A stretch of 64,000 nt of DNA from an uncultured Candidatus Rokubacteria bacterium (GTDB lineage Bacteria > Methylomirabilota > Methylomirabilia > Rokubacteriales > CSP1-6). The first letter of the stretch is position 1. Every line of letters begins with the position of its first letter. Shown here piece after piece: positions 1 to 10,786 of this stretch. The notes beneath the pieces are model-generated. The model saw nothing but the letters and a program-made list of their open reading frames with translations. It ran no database searches and was not told the DNA's origin. The stretch spans positions 64,001-128,000 of the forward strand of contig CAVWFS010000011.1 in NCBI GenBank assembly GCA_963754315.1, given 5' to 3'. The position numbers and the translations under genes are program-made.

Positions 1-293
1 ATGTAGAGGTCGTTGAGCACGATCGCGTCTCCCGGGCCCAGATCGGAGGCCGGGTATTCGGCCAGTACGTGTCTGACCAGCGACGGCATTGACCCGAGGT
101 GGCCTGGGCTGAAGTCGCCCTGGACGATCATCTGGCCGCGCGCATCGAAGAGGGCAACCGAGAAGTCGCGTCCCTCGCGGACGGCCTGGGAGTAGGCCGT
201 CTTGCGCAGGGCCGTGCCCGCTTCCTCCGCGACCGACCCGAGAGCCGCTCCGACCACCGCCTGGGTGATGGCGTCGACGGCCTGCATGTTCAT
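1..293 (-). CDS. Hydantoinase B/oxoprolinase family protein (5' part; runs off the window)
   Basis: Manual translation from ATG at 293: MNMQAVDAITQAVVGAALGSVAEEAGTALRKTAYSQAVREGRDFSVALFDARG...GHLGSM...PGDAIVLND; ATGA overlap with the hydantoinase A stop. Confidence 0.9.
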   Translation of the reverse strand, partial: MNMQAVDAITQAVVGAALGSVAEEAGTALRKTAYSQAVREGRDFSVALFDARGQMIVQGDFSPGHLGSMPSLVRHVLAEYPASDLGPGDAIVLNDLY

Positions 294-2386
294 CCCTCCG
301 GCCTGGCGATGTCCACCAGGAGATTGCGGTACTCGTCCACGCGTGCGCGATCGCCCGGTAAGAGCACGACGGTCGTCTCACGCTCCTCGACGATGGCGGG
401 TCCTGTGAGGGTCGTGTCGCGTCCGAGCGCGTAGCGGTCGTAGACCGGGCACTCGATGAGACCGCCGGCTTCGGGGAAGTACGCGCGGCGGTGGCCCTTG
501 CGGGCCTCGCCCGCCACTGTCTGCCCTGTGTGACCGGTCACGTTCCGCCCCGGCGAGAGCGCCGTCATCTCGAGCTTCCAGGTTGTCGCCTCCAGGGGAA
601 CCCCGGGGGGGTCGGCATAGCCGTAGTGGGCGGCGTACACCTCGGCGTGCGCCTGCCGGATCGCCTCGAGGGAAGCCGGAGAGAGGCTCCCCGGCGGGAT
701 GCTCACGTCAAGCTCGTGTCCTTGTCCTGCGTAGCGGATCTCGGCCGTGCGGTGCAGGCGCCACTCGCCGCGGACCCCGGCCTCGCGCAGCTGCGCGGCG
801 CCCTCGGTCTCCATCTCGGCGAAGAGCTCATTGATGCGCTTCCATGGCGCCTTGTCGAGGGAGACGACCAGGGTGCGGGCCAGATCGAAGCGCGGATCGG
901 CGATCAGCAATCCCAGCGCGGAGGCGACGCCGGCCGCGAAGGGAACGATCAACCGGCCGATGCCGAGGTTGCGCGCGAGCCTCGCCCCGTGGACGGGGCC
1001 GGCGCCGCCGAAGGTCACACAAGCCAGATGACGCGGATCCTTGCCCCGACCGATGGAGACGACCCGGATGGCGCCCTCCATGTTGAGCGTGACCAGCTGA
1101 TGGATACCCCAGGCGGCGTCCAGCAGGCCGACACAGAGCGGTTTGGCCACCCGCTCCTCGACCGCGGTGCGCGCGGCGTCGAGGTCCAGGTGGCGCACAC
1201 CCCCGAGGAAGTAGCCGGGGTCGAGTAAGCCGAGCAGGAGATTGGCGTCGGTCACGGTCGGCTCGCGGCCGCCCAGACCATAGCAGGCCGGCCCCGGGTC
1301 CGATCCGGCGCTGTCCGGCCCCACGCGCAGTAGCCCACGCTCGACGCGAGCGATGCTGCCGCCCCCGGCGCCAATCTCGACGAGATCGACGCTGGGAACG
1401 TTGACGGGCAGCCCGCTACCTTGACGCATGCCGATCAGGTCGACTTCGAGCGTGTCGGCTCGGGCGGGCCGACCGTCCTCGATGAGCGCTGCCTTGGCTG
1501 TGGTCCCTCCCATGTCGAAGGCGACGAGATCCTTGTGGCCGGTGAGGGCGCCAATGTGGGCCGCCAGGATCGCTCCTGCCGCCGGTCCGGAATCGAGTGA
1601 GCGCACGGGGAAGCGGGCAGTCATCTCCGCTGTCGCGATGCCGCCATTGTTCTGCATCAAGTAGAGCGGCCGGTGGCACCCCCACGCGTTCAGACCCCAC
1701 ACGAGCGCCTCGAGGTAGGCGCGAAAGGCCGGCATGATGTAGGCATTCACCACGGCCGTACTGGTTCGCTCGTACTCGCGGTATTGCGGACATAGAGCCG
1801 CGGAGAGAGTCACCGGCAGGCCAGGGAGCAACCGGGCGGCCAGGGTGGCCACGAACTCTTCGTGCCCCGGGTTGGCATAGGAATGCAAGAAAGCCACGGC
1901 CAGAGACTCGACACCGCCCGTGTGACACGTCTCGAGCGCCGTCTCGAGCGAGGCGTGATCGAGCGGACGATGGACCGTGCCGTCGGCGAGCACGCGCTCG
2001 TCGACCTCGACGATCTGGTCGCGCGCGATGAGCGGCGGGTGCTTGTCGACGAACAGGTCATTGATGTTGTACCGAAGCTGACGCTGGATCTCGAGCACGT
2101 CTCGAAAGCCGCGGGTGGTGACCAGAAAGGTGCGGGCACCCTTGCGCTCGATGACCAGGTTGGCCCCGAGCGTGGTGCCGTGCACGGCTTGCTCGAGATC
2201 GCCGGGTTCAGCGCCGGCCCTCGCCAAGAGGTCGGCCAGACCGTGGAACACGGCTTCGGCGGGGTCGCGCGGCGTGGTGAGCCGCTTGCCCACGATCACG
2301 GCGCCGGTCGCCACGTTCTGGAGGACGAAGTCGGTGAAGGTGCCGCCGATGTCGAAGCCGAGGCGCCAGCCCATGCCCGGGCGCAT
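290..2386 (-). CDS. Hydantoinase A/oxoprolinase family ATP-dependent subunit
   Basis: DIGGTFTD, HGTT, EYER, SGPAAG, DMGGTT, IGAGGGS, GPxSAGSxPGPACY and FGGAG motifs; start may be the ATG at 2374. Confidence 0.93.
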   Translation of the reverse strand: MRPGMGWRLGFDIGGTFTDFVLQNVATGAVIVGKRLTTPRDPAEAVFHGLADLLARAGAEPGDLEQAVHGTTLGANLVIERKGARTFLVTTRGFRDVLEIQRQLRYNINDLFVDKHPPLIARDQIVEVDERVLADGTVHRPLDHASLETALETCHTGGVESLAVAFLHSYANPGHEEFVATLAARLLPGLPVTLSAALCPQYREYERTSTAVVNAYIMPAFRAYLEALVWGLNAWGCHRPLYLMQNNGGIATAEMTARFPVRSLDSGPAAGAILAAHIGALTGHKDLVAFDMGGTTAKAALIEDGRPARADTLEVDLIGMRQGSGLPVNVPSVDLVEIGAGGGSIARVERGLLRVGPDSAGSDPGPACYGLGGREPTVTDANLLLGLLDPGYFLGGVRHLDLDAARTAVEERVAKPLCVGLLDAAWGIHQLVTLNMEGAIRVVSIGRGKDPRHLACVTFGGAGPVHGARLARNLGIGRLIVPFAAGVASALGLLIADPRFDLARTLVVSLDKAPWKRINELFAEMETEGAAQLREAGVRGEWRLHRTAEIRYAGQGHELDVSIPPGSLSPASLEAIRQAHAEVYAAHYGYADPPGVPLEATTWKLEMTALSPGRNVTGHTGQTVAGEARKGHRRAYFPEAGGLIECPVYDRYALGRDTTLTGPAIVEERETTVVLLPGDRARVDEYRNLLVDIARPEG

Positions 2387-2454
2387 GGTAGCAGATGGGG
2401 GCTCTGGCGAGTCCCCTGTTGCCTGGCGGGAACGCCGTCGTCTATCCTCGGTCC

Positions 2455-2946
2455 ATGAGCACTTCGGACGGGGCGAGAGGACGCGCGGTGGTGGTGCAGC
2501 CCGATGACGGGCCTTCGTACTGGCAACCCATTCCCGCCAACGGCCACGCCGACCCCAAGCTCTATCCCGGCAACACGAGCTTCGGGGGGCTGGCCATGGG
2601 GTTTCAGACCATCGCTCCCGGCGGGCGGGTCCGCGAGCACTCCCACGGTGATCAAGTGGAGCTGCAGATCTGCTTCCGGGGCCGGGGTCGGGTCATCGTC
2701 GACGGGGTCAGCCATGACCTCGTGCCCGGCACCGCGTGCTTTCTCGGCCACGACGCCAAGCACGAGATCCTGAACGACGGGCCCGACGATTTGGTGATGA
2801 TGTGGGTCATCACCCCCCCGGGACTCGAGGACTTCTTTCAGGCCATCGGCCGACCGCGGGTACGCGGCGCGGCGAGCCCTGCCCCCTTTGCCAGGCCCGC
2901 AGACGTGGTCGCCATCGAGCGTGCCACGGGAATGAACGACACCTGA
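2455..2946 (+). CDS. Cupin domain protein
   Basis: EHSH...E...G...H cupin motifs; start at ATG 2455, 6 nt after TATCCT. Confidence 0.85.
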   Translation: MSTSDGARGRAVVVQPDDGPSYWQPIPANGHADPKLYPGNTSFGGLAMGFQTIAPGGRVREHSHGDQVELQICFRGRGRVIVDGVSHDLVPGTACFLGHDAKHEILNDGPDDLVMMWVITPPGLEDFFQAIGRPRVRGAASPAPFARPADVVAIERATGMNDT

Positions 2947-2980
2947 TGGTCACGCCTGCGGTCGGCGACGGAGCACTCCC

Positions 2981-3475
2981 GCGCGCTGGCTAATCGACGG
3001 CTACAACCTCATTCGAAGCGACCCCGACCTGCACGCCCGGGAGGGCGAAAGTCTGGAGCTGGGGCGCGAGGCGCTGCACCGCCTCCTCATACCGGTGGCG
3101 CAGCGTCTGGGGGACGAGTTTATCGTCGTCTTCGACGGCGCTCGCCCGTCCAGTGACGCGCAGGGGACGGGGCAGGTGCAATTCGTCTTTTCGCGGCCCC
3201 CGGAAACCGCCGACGACGTGGTCATACGCCTGGCCGCCCAGTGGCGTGAGGGCGCGATCGTGGTCAGCTCCGACCGCACCATCCGTCAGGCGGCAAGCCG
3301 GGGCGGCTCACCCGTGCTGACCGTTGCCGAGTTCCTGTCGGGTCTGCACGCGGAGGTCGATGATGTCGGCGACGACGATGACGACGCGGGGCCGCGCGAC
3401 AAACGCGGCAATCCGCGCCGAATATCCCGCGAAGAGCGCGCAGCCCGACGAGCCCTGCGTCGCTTGCGCGGCTGA
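2981..3475 (+). CDS. NYN/YacP-like PIN-fold nuclease
   Basis: In-frame upstream extension RWLIDGYNL, then VVFDG, TADDVI and VVSSDR motifs; first codon is GCG, 7 nt after GGAG. Confidence 0.8.
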   Translation, partial: ARWLIDGYNLIRSDPDLHAREGESLELGREALHRLLIPVAQRLGDEFIVVFDGARPSSDAQGTGQVQFVFSRPPETADDVVIRLAAQWREGAIVVSSDRTIRQAASRGGSPVLTVAEFLSGLHAEVDDVGDDDDDAGPRDKRGNPRRISREERAARRALRRLRG

Positions 3476-3525
3476 GGTCCCGCCCGCGCTCACCGATCAG
3501 CCGGATGACGGGCTTTCCGCCGCCC

Positions 3526-5952
3526 TCACCGCCAGGCTGCGGTGAGGGCGCCGCGTGTCTCCTGCCAGGACGGCGTCCACACCAGGGCCACCAGTCGTAC
3601 GGCGATGTTCTGCTTCGTCGGCTTGATGGATATCGTCTCCAGCTCGGCGCTGAGCGGATCGAGACTGGCGCCGAGCTTGTCGACCTCCGCGGTCAGCTGG
3701 CTCTCGAGGTCGGCTTTCTGCTGGCGCACCGCTTCGAGATTTGCCTGCGCGCGATCGATGTCCTGCCGCTCTTTCATCGCCCGGCCGGCGCCGCGGACAG
3801 TCGTGGTCGCCCGGCCCACGGTGGACGTGGAGACGGCCTTGCGCCCCAGCAGCGCCCCCAAGATGGTGGCGCCCAGGGAGACGGCCACCTGGACCTGGGA
3901 CTGGGTGGCCTGTTCGGACTCGCGCACCACCGCCTGCTCGGCGCGGCGGGCCTTCTCGTCGAGGGCGGCGATCCGGGCGGCGTACTTTGTCCGCAGGCGC
4001 TCCACGGCAAGGTCACGGCGTTCACGGGCCGCTTGCTGCAAGCGCGCCCGGAAATCACGCTCCGCTTCACCAGACCGCGAGAGATCCTTACCGAGCTTGT
4101 AGAGCTCGATCTTCTGGCTCCTGAACAGCCACGCCGCCAGCTCACGGCTCCACCTCTGATAGTTCTTGGGCTTGGTGGCGGGGGAGGGTAACTCCGCGAA
4201 CTGAGCGGGTTCCTTCGGGCCCGACTCGAGGTCGGCGGCAGCCATGGCGACCGGTTCGCCCCGCTCCCAGTCGACGGCGATGGCCTCGTCGGTGATGGGA
4301 ACGAGCACGGACAGCTCCTCCGTGGTATCGATACCGCGCTTTGTGTCGGCCACGCGAACCGTGGCGACGCCAAGGAGCATCGGCTCGTAGATGAGCGCGG
4401 CGTCGGCCGGACGCTCGGCGCGCACGGGCATGAAGTGCTCGGGGATCTCGTCCGACAAGACGGGGCGCGGGCTCGGCGTCGGGGCACCACGCGACGGAGC
4501 CGCGGCCGCAGCCGACGATGGGAGCTTGGGGGCGGCGCCTTTTCGCGGAGCCATCAAACGGCTGATTTGCTCGCGGGTGAGCGGTCCGCGCAGATAGGAC
4601 ATGGCCCAGCGGCTCTCGAAGGTTTCCGGTACATCCTCGTGCACGTTGTGCATGAGGAAGATGCGCGTGCCGAGACCGGAGAGTATCCGATCCATGTCGT
4701 TCCGGTCGAAGCGCTGGCCGGCGCCGGTGACTGCTCCCTCGAGGCCTTCCAAGACACGCGCCTTGTCGCGCTCGGTCTGGAGCCGGCCCAGGAACCACGT
4801 GCCCGCGTTCGATAGTCCCTTGTAGTCGAGATCTACCGGATTCTGGGTGGCCAGCACCACCCCGAGTCCGTAGGCCCGCGCTTGCTTGAGCAAGGTCAGC
4901 AGGGGTTGCTTGGAAGGTGGGTTGGCGACCGGCGGGAAAAAACCGAAGATCTCATCCATGTAGAGGATGGCGCGCAGGCTTGTGGTCCCCGATTGCCGGC
5001 GCATCCAGCCCGTCACCTGATTCAGCAGGAGCGTCACAAAGAACATCCGCTCCGCATCACCGAGATGGGCGATGGAGATGATGGACAGCCTCGGCTTCCC
5101 CTCCCGCGTGTGCAGCAGGGCGGCCGGGTCGAGCGGCTCACCCTCCATCCAGGCCGAGAATCCCGGCGAGGCCAGCAGGTTGTTCAGGGCGGTGGCGAGC
5201 TCGAAGCGATCGGCCGCGGGAAAGAATGCCTCGAGCTCGAGCACGCCGACGCGGGTCACGGGCGGTTTCTGGATCGTGTGGATGAGGCCAGCCAGGTCGA
5301 GATCGCGTCCCTCCCGCCACGCGGCGTCGAGGATCGTCGAGATGAGGATGTGCTCGCGGCTCCGGATGGGATCCGCGTCGATTCCGAGCAGCCCGAGCAG
5401 GCTGGTGGCGGTGACCCCGACCTGCTCGCGCAGTGCCTCGGCGTCGTCGCGAATCTGGGAGGGGGGCGCCGCGAACGACTTCAGAATCGAGAGGGGCAGG
5501 CCGGCGTTGCTCCCCGGTGTGTAAATGGCCAGGTCGGCGCTCTCGCGCAGGCGCCGGATGCGCGCTCCATCCTCGCCCCAGGCGGCCAGGCCCTTCTGCC
5601 ACAGCTCGGCCTGCTGACGCGCGTAGTCCTCGCTCGATAACCCTTGCCGGCGCGCGTCGTCTTCGTTGATCCACGGCAGGAAGTCCTCGGGCCGCAAGTC
5701 GGGGAAGGTGAGGAGCAGGTTTCCGAGGTCGCCCTTGGGGTCGATGATGATGGCCGGGATGTGGTCGAGGGCGGCCTCTTCCAGCAAGGCGAGGCAGAGG
5801 CCCGTCTTGCCGCTGCCGGTCATGCCCACGCATACGGCGTGGGTGACAAGGTCCTTGGACTCGTAGAGTACGAGCCCGTCCTTCGGCTTCCTGGCCGCCA
5901 CGTCGTACGGGCGGCCGAGGTAGAAGACCCCCAGCTTCTCGAAATCAGTCAC
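3526..5952 (-). CDS. HerA/FtsK-superfamily (DUF87-like) ATPase with C-terminal coiled coil
   Basis: Walker A GMTGSGKT, IIIDPKGD, Walker B ILYMDE, RAYG, ATQNP. Confidence 0.85.
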   Translation of the reverse strand: MTDFEKLGVFYLGRPYDVAARKPKDGLVLYESKDLVTHAVCVGMTGSGKTGLCLALLEEAALDHIPAIIIDPKGDLGNLLLTFPDLRPEDFLPWINEDDARRQGLSSEDYARQQAELWQKGLAAWGEDGARIRRLRESADLAIYTPGSNAGLPLSILKSFAAPPSQIRDDAEALREQVGVTATSLLGLLGIDADPIRSREHILISTILDAAWREGRDLDLAGLIHTIQKPPVTRVGVLELEAFFPAADRFELATALNNLLASPGFSAWMEGEPLDPAALLHTREGKPRLSIISIAHLGDAERMFFVTLLLNQVTGWMRRQSGTTSLRAILYMDEIFGFFPPVANPPSKQPLLTLLKQARAYGLGVVLATQNPVDLDYKGLSNAGTWFLGRLQTERDKARVLEGLEGAVTGAGQRFDRNDMDRILSGLGTRIFLMHNVHEDVPETFESRWAMSYLRGPLTREQISRLMAPRKGAAPKLPSSAAAAAPSRGAPTPSPRPVLSDEIPEHFMPVRAERPADAALIYEPMLLGVATVRVADTKRGIDTTEELSVLVPITDEAIAVDWERGEPVAMAAADLESGPKEPAQFAELPSPATKPKNYQRWSRELAAWLFRSQKIELYKLGKDLSRSGEAERDFRARLQQAARERRDLAVERLRTKYAARIAALDEKARRAEQAVVRESEQATQSQVQVAVSLGATILGALLGRKAVSTSTVGRATTTVRGAGRAMKERQDIDRAQANLEAVRQQKADLESQLTAEVDKLGASLDPLSAELETISIKPTKQNIAVRLVALVWTPSWQETRGALTAAWR

Positions 5953-6904
5953 CGGCGGAACTCGGGGAGGACGTGGCGAGCGATCAGCTCGATCACCTCG
6001 AGATCATCCTGATCGATGAGCTGCAGCATGAGCCGCTGGATACCCAGCTCCTCCCAGCGCTTGAGATCTCTGACCACCCGGTCGATCGAGCCGTAGAGGA
6101 ATCCCGCCGCGCGCCAGCTCGCCTCGTCGCCGGGCAGGCGAGGAAAGATCGAACAGGCCTTGCGTCGCCGGATCAGGACGTCGGCCGCCGACTGCCCCAC
6201 GATGATGGGGACCATCAGCGAACGGCGAATCGTCCTGCGCATCGCGCCCCACCTGACGGCCGTAGTCCTCGAGGAGGTTGCGCTTGGCGGCGAACCCGTC
6301 GAAGGTCACGCGGGTGATGTTCCACTCATCCGCGTGCTCGGCGATGATCCGCAAGGTTCGCTTCTCGCCGCCCCCGCCGATGATGAGTGGCACCGTTCCG
6401 CCGGGCGGGAGCGGGTAGCTCTCGGCGGCCTTCAGCGGATAGTACGGCTGGTCCAGGGTGACCGGACGGCCCTCCCACAGGGCGCGGATCGCGCGAGCTC
6501 CACATTCGAGCCGATCGAGCCGCTCCTTGACCGGGCGGGAAGGGGATGCCGAACATCGCGTGCTCGCCCTCGTGCCAGCCGGCGCCGATGCCCAGATCGA
6601 AGCGCCCTCCCGAGAGGTCGGCGATGGCGGCTGCCCGCTTGGCCAGCACGGCCGGCTGGTAGAAGGTGAGAGGCGACACGCAGGGGCCGAAGCGGATGCG
6701 TGAGGTCCCCGTGGCCAGCCAGGTCAGACACGCCCACGTCTCGAGCGAGGGGCGCTTTGCGTCGCCGAGCACCCCGGTGAGGTGGTCCGAGCGGAACAGG
6801 GCGTCGTAGCCGGCGTCCTCCACGGTGCGGGCGAGCCGCTGCCAGCGCGGCCAGGTGAGCCCCTCCTGCCCCTCGATCATGATGCCGAAGCTGAGCGCCA
6901 TCAT
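5949..6904 (-). pseudogene. LLM-class (luciferase-like, probably F420-dependent) oxidoreductase split by two +1 frameshifts (possibly sequencing errors)
   Basis: EGQEG, RSDH, GRFDLGIGAGW, PLIIGGGGEKRTL and HADEWN distributed over three frames; shifts near 6533 and 6237; GGAGG RBS upstream. Confidence 0.8.
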
Positions 6905-6976
6905 TCCTCCTGTGGAACACGGCGAAGATTGCGCCGCCGTGGCCACGCCCTTATCATAATTCCGTCAGGGGGGCCC

Positions 6977-9900
6977 ATGGCCATCAAGCACGACTTCTCG
7001 CTGGACGCCAAGTACCGTCAGCTCGAAGGTCAGATCTTCCTGTCGGGCATCCAGGCCCTGGTGCGGCTGCCGCTCGACCAGCACCGCGCCGACAAGCGAC
7101 GGGGGCTCAATACGGCCACCATGATCTCCGGCTATCGGGGCTCACCTCTCGGCGGCCTCGATCTCACCCTGGAGCGCAACCCGGACCTCCTGCGCGAGCA
7201 CAACGTCACGTTCGTGTCGGGGGTCAACGAGGACCTCGGGGCCACCGTGGTCTTCGGCAGCCAGCTCGCCAACCTGTTCCCGAACCCGAAGTACGATGGC
7301 GTGCTCGGCATGTGGTACGGCAAGGGGCCGGGTGTGGACCGTACGGGCGACATCTTCAAGCACGCCAACTACGCCGGCGTGGGCAAGAACGGCGGCGTGC
7401 TAGCGCTCGGCGGAGACGATCCCTTCTCCAAGTCGTCGACCCTGCCCACCCACTCCGAAGTGGCATTCTCCGACGCCCTATTCCCGGTGGTCTTCCCCGG
7501 CAACGTCCAGGAGATTCTCGATCTCGGTCGGCTCGGCTTCGAGCTGTCGCGGTATTCGGGCCTCTGGGTCGGTTTCAAGATCGTCACCAACGTGGCCGAC
7601 GAGATCGGCACCGCGCTGATCGGGCCCACCCGCATCACCGTCCGCGATCCCGGCTTCCTCTACGGGGGCCAACCGTGGCATCCCACGCAGAACACGACCT
7701 TGCTGCCGCCATTCTCCCTGGACATCGAGCGCGAGATCCACTACGGGCGGCTGGAGGCGGCCAAAGCGTTCGCGGCCGTCAACGGGCTCAACACGATCAC
7801 CGTACCGACCGCCAAGGCCTGGCTCGGCATCGCCGCCCCCGGCAAGACCTACTACGATCTGCGCGAGGCTCTCCTCGAGCTTGGTCTGGACGACACCGCT
7901 CTCGAGCGCTACGGCATCCGGCTGCTGCGTATCGGCATGCTGTTTCCCATGGAGCCGGGCATCGTGCGCGAGTTCGCCCGCGGCCTCGAGGAGGTCCTCG
8001 TCGTCGAGGAAAAGCGGGCCTTCGTCGAGCTCTTCATCCGCGATGTTCTCTACAACCTGAATGAGCGCCCCGTGGTCGTCGGCAAGCGCGACCTCACCGA
8101 CCGACCCCTGGTGCCCGCCAATGGCGAGCTGGATGCCGATCGGATCGCCCTCATCGTCGCCTCCCGTCTCGAGCGCAAGGTCCAGCTCGGTTCCATCACG
8201 GCCCGGGTGGCCTTGCTGGAAGCGCTGCGCGAGCGGCCGGCGCCGCTGACCATCGCGCGGCAGGCGTTTTTCTGCTCGGGCTGTCCGCACAATCGTTCGA
8301 CGGTCGTCCCCGACGGCTCCATGGCCAGTGCCGGCATTGGCTGCCACGGCATGGTACTGGCCTTGCCCGAACGTCGGACTCTCGGTCTCACCCACATGGG
8401 CGGCGAGGGCGCGCAGTGGGTGGGGATGGCGCCGTTCACCGAGACCCCGCACATGTTCCAGAACATCGGAGACGGGACCTTCTTTCATTCGGGCTCGCTG
8501 GCCATCCGCCAGGCAGTGGCGGCGGGCACCCACATGACCTACAAGATCCTCTACAACTCTGCGGTGGCGATGACCGGGGGCCAGGACGCGGCGGGGGCGA
8601 TGCCGGTGCCCGAGCTGACCCGCACGCTCGAGGCGGAGGGCGTCAAGAAGATCCTGGTGGTGACGGACGAGCCCGAAAAGTATCCGTCAGACACGGCGTG
8701 GGCCAAGGGCGTCGAGGTCTGGCACCGCGACCGTCTGGACGAGGCGCAGCGGGTCCTGCGGGAGGTCCCCGGCGTCACCGTCCTCGTCTACGACCAGCGC
8801 TGCGCGGCCGAGAAGCGCCGCCTGCGCAAGCGCGGCAAGCTGCCCGACCCGGCCCAGCGCGTTTACATCAACGAGGCCGTCTGCGAGGGCTGCGGTGACT
8901 GCGGCGTGAAGAGCAACTGTCTGTCCGTGCACCCGGTGGAGACGGAGTTCGGGCGCAAGACGCAGATCCACCAATCGTCCTGCAACAAGGACTACTCGTG
9001 CTTGCGGGGTGACTGCCCGTCGTTCCTGACCGTGGTGCCCCTCGGCGAGCCAACCAAGAAGGAGCGCAAGCTCTACAAGGTCGAGCGTACACTCCCGGCG
9101 CCGACCCTGCGGGTTCCCGCTCAGTCCAACGTCTACATGATGGGCATCGGCGGCACGGGTGTGGTCACGGTCAACCAGATCCTGGGCACGGCCGCCCTCC
9201 TCGAGGGCAAGCATGTCCGAGGCCTCGACCAGACCGGCCTCAGCCAGAAAGGCGGACCCGTCGTTTCCCACCTGAAGATCGCCAGCGCGCCGCACGAGGG
9301 CTCCAACAAGATCGCCGCCGGCGAGGCCGACTGTTATCTCGGCTTCGACATCCTGGTGGCCACATCCGCCGTGAACCTCGATCACGCAGGGCCGGAGCGG
9401 ACCATCGCCGTCGTTTCCACCAGTCAGGTCCCGACGGGGGCTATGGTCACGCACACCGACGTGCACTTTCCCGAGACCAACGGCCTGCTGCAATCCATCA
9501 ACCGGCTGACCCGCAAGGACGAGAACGTCTATCTCGACGCCCTCGGGCTGGCCGAGCAGCTCTTCGGCGACCACATGGCCGCCAACCTGATCGTGCTCGG
9601 GGCGGCCTACCAGGCGGGGGCCATCGCCGTGAGCGCGGAGGCCATCGAAGAGGCGATTGTGCTCAACGGCGTCTCCGTGACGATGAACACCCATGCCTTC
9701 CGGGCTGGACGCCTGGCCGTGCTGGAGCCGGCCGCCCTCGAGCGTGAGCGGAAGCCGCGGCTCGGCGCGGTGGCGGTGACACCCGCGCTGAGCGCCGAGG
9801 CGCGCGCCCTCGTGGAGGGGGTGGGCGCCTCGGGGGAGCTCGGGCGGCTGCTGAGCATCCGTGTGCCGGAGCTGATCGCCTACCAGAGCGTGGCGTACGC

Positions 9901-10435
9901 GCGGGAGTACACGGAGTTTGTCAAGCGGACCTTGGCGGCGGAGCCTGACGGCCGCTCGGCCTTCAGCGAAGGGGTGGCCCGCAATCTCTTCAAACTCATG
10001 GCGTACAAGGACGAGTACGAGGTGGCGCGCTTGCACCTGGCCAGCTCCCTGTCTGCTCAGCTCGCCGCGGAGTATCCGAGCGGCGTCCGCCTGCACTATC
10101 ACCTGCATCCGCCAATCCTGCGAGCGCTCGGCTGGCAGAAGAAGATCAAGCTCGGCACCTGGTTCAACGGCGTCTTCCGCCTGCTGGCAACGATGAAGGG
10201 CCTGCGCGGCACCCCCCTCGATCCCTTCGGCCGCGCCGAGGTGCGCCGGGTGGAGCGCGCTCTCATCGGCGAGTACCGCGGCTGGCTCGAGAAGGCGATG
10301 GCCGGCCTCTCGCCCGAGAGCTACGAGCGGGCGGTGAAGCTCGCCACCCTTCCCGATCTGATCCGTGGCTACGAAGACGTCAAGCTCGAGAGCGTCAAGC
10401 GCTTCCGTCACGAGGTCCGGGCCCTTGGCTTCTGA
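6977..10435 (+). CDS. Indolepyruvate ferredoxin oxidoreductase family protein (fused single chain)
   Basis: SGYRGSPLGG, WYGKGPGVDR, FCSGCPHN, GDGT TPP motif, CEGCGDC ferredoxin motif, GIGGTG, MAYKDEYEVARL. Confidence 0.93.
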   Translation: MAIKHDFSLDAKYRQLEGQIFLSGIQALVRLPLDQHRADKRRGLNTATMISGYRGSPLGGLDLTLERNPDLLREHNVTFVSGVNEDLGATVVFGSQLANLFPNPKYDGVLGMWYGKGPGVDRTGDIFKHANYAGVGKNGGVLALGGDDPFSKSSTLPTHSEVAFSDALFPVVFPGNVQEILDLGRLGFELSRYSGLWVGFKIVTNVADEIGTALIGPTRITVRDPGFLYGGQPWHPTQNTTLLPPFSLDIEREIHYGRLEAAKAFAAVNGLNTITVPTAKAWLGIAAPGKTYYDLREALLELGLDDTALERYGIRLLRIGMLFPMEPGIVREFARGLEEVLVVEEKRAFVELFIRDVLYNLNERPVVVGKRDLTDRPLVPANGELDADRIALIVASRLERKVQLGSITARVALLEALRERPAPLTIARQAFFCSGCPHNRSTVVPDGSMASAGIGCHGMVLALPERRTLGLTHMGGEGAQWVGMAPFTETPHMFQNIGDGTFFHSGSLAIRQAVAAGTHMTYKILYNSAVAMTGGQDAAGAMPVPELTRTLEAEGVKKILVVTDEPEKYPSDTAWAKGVEVWHRDRLDEAQRVLREVPGVTVLVYDQRCAAEKRRLRKRGKLPDPAQRVYINEAVCEGCGDCGVKSNCLSVHPVETEFGRKTQIHQSSCNKDYSCLRGDCPSFLTVVPLGEPTKKERKLYKVERTLPAPTLRVPAQSNVYMMGIGGTGVVTVNQILGTAALLEGKHVRGLDQTGLSQKGGPVVSHLKIASAPHEGSNKIAAGEADCYLGFDILVATSAVNLDHAGPERTIAVVSTSQVPTGAMVTHTDVHFPETNGLLQSINRLTRKDENVYLDALGLAEQLFGDHMAANLIVLGAAYQAGAIAVSAEAIEEAIVLNGVSVTMNTHAFRAGRLAVLEPAALERERKPRLGAVAVTPALSAEARALVEGVGASGELGRLLSIRVPELIAYQSVAYAREYTEFVKRTLAAEPDGRSAFSEGVARNLFKLMAYKDEYEVARLHLASSLSAQLAAEYPSGVRLHYHLHPPILRALGWQKKIKLGTWFNGVFRLLATMKGLRGTPLDPFGRAEVRRVERALIGEYRGWLEKAMAGLSPESYERAVKLATLPDLIRGYEDVKLESVKRFRHEVRALGF

Positions 10436-10739
10436 GACCGTCGTCGAGACAGGAGAGCATCGCGGAACGTTCTTCCGGGTCCTCCAGCGGACCGCGCAGA
10501 GCCAAACGGCGGTGATGACCATTGCGCCTGGCGCGGACGGCGGCCCCGAAGAGGAGCATGACGGCGATCAGATCATCTACGTCGTCGAGGGCGACGCGAT
10601 CGTCCGCGTGGCGGGTGAGGAACAGCGCGCAGGTCCCGGGGCGCTCGTCATGATTCCCGCCCACTCTCGCCACCACGTGCGCAACCCCGGGCGGACGCCG
10701 CTCTTCTTCGTCACCGTGTACGCGCCGCCCGCCTACTGA
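10425..10739 (+). CDS. Cupin domain protein
   Basis: H-D-G-DQIIYVVEG...HHVRN...TVYAPPAY; probable TTG start at 10425. Confidence 0.8.
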   Translation: MASETVVETGEHRGTFFRVLQRTAQSQTAVMTIAPGADGGPEEEHDGDQIIYVVEGDAIVRVAGEEQRAGPGALVMIPAHSRHHVRNPGRTPLFFVTVYAPPAY

Positions 10740-10786
10740 GCGCTGCCCGGGGGCGCCCCCCGGATCCGCTGAGCTTCCGACGACGA

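Noticed and set aside
2981..5952. NYN nuclease plus HerA-like ATPase as an anti-phage nuclease-ATPase pair
   Set aside because: The genes are convergent rather than co-transcribed, have host-like composition, and the NYN protein resembles housekeeping YacP.
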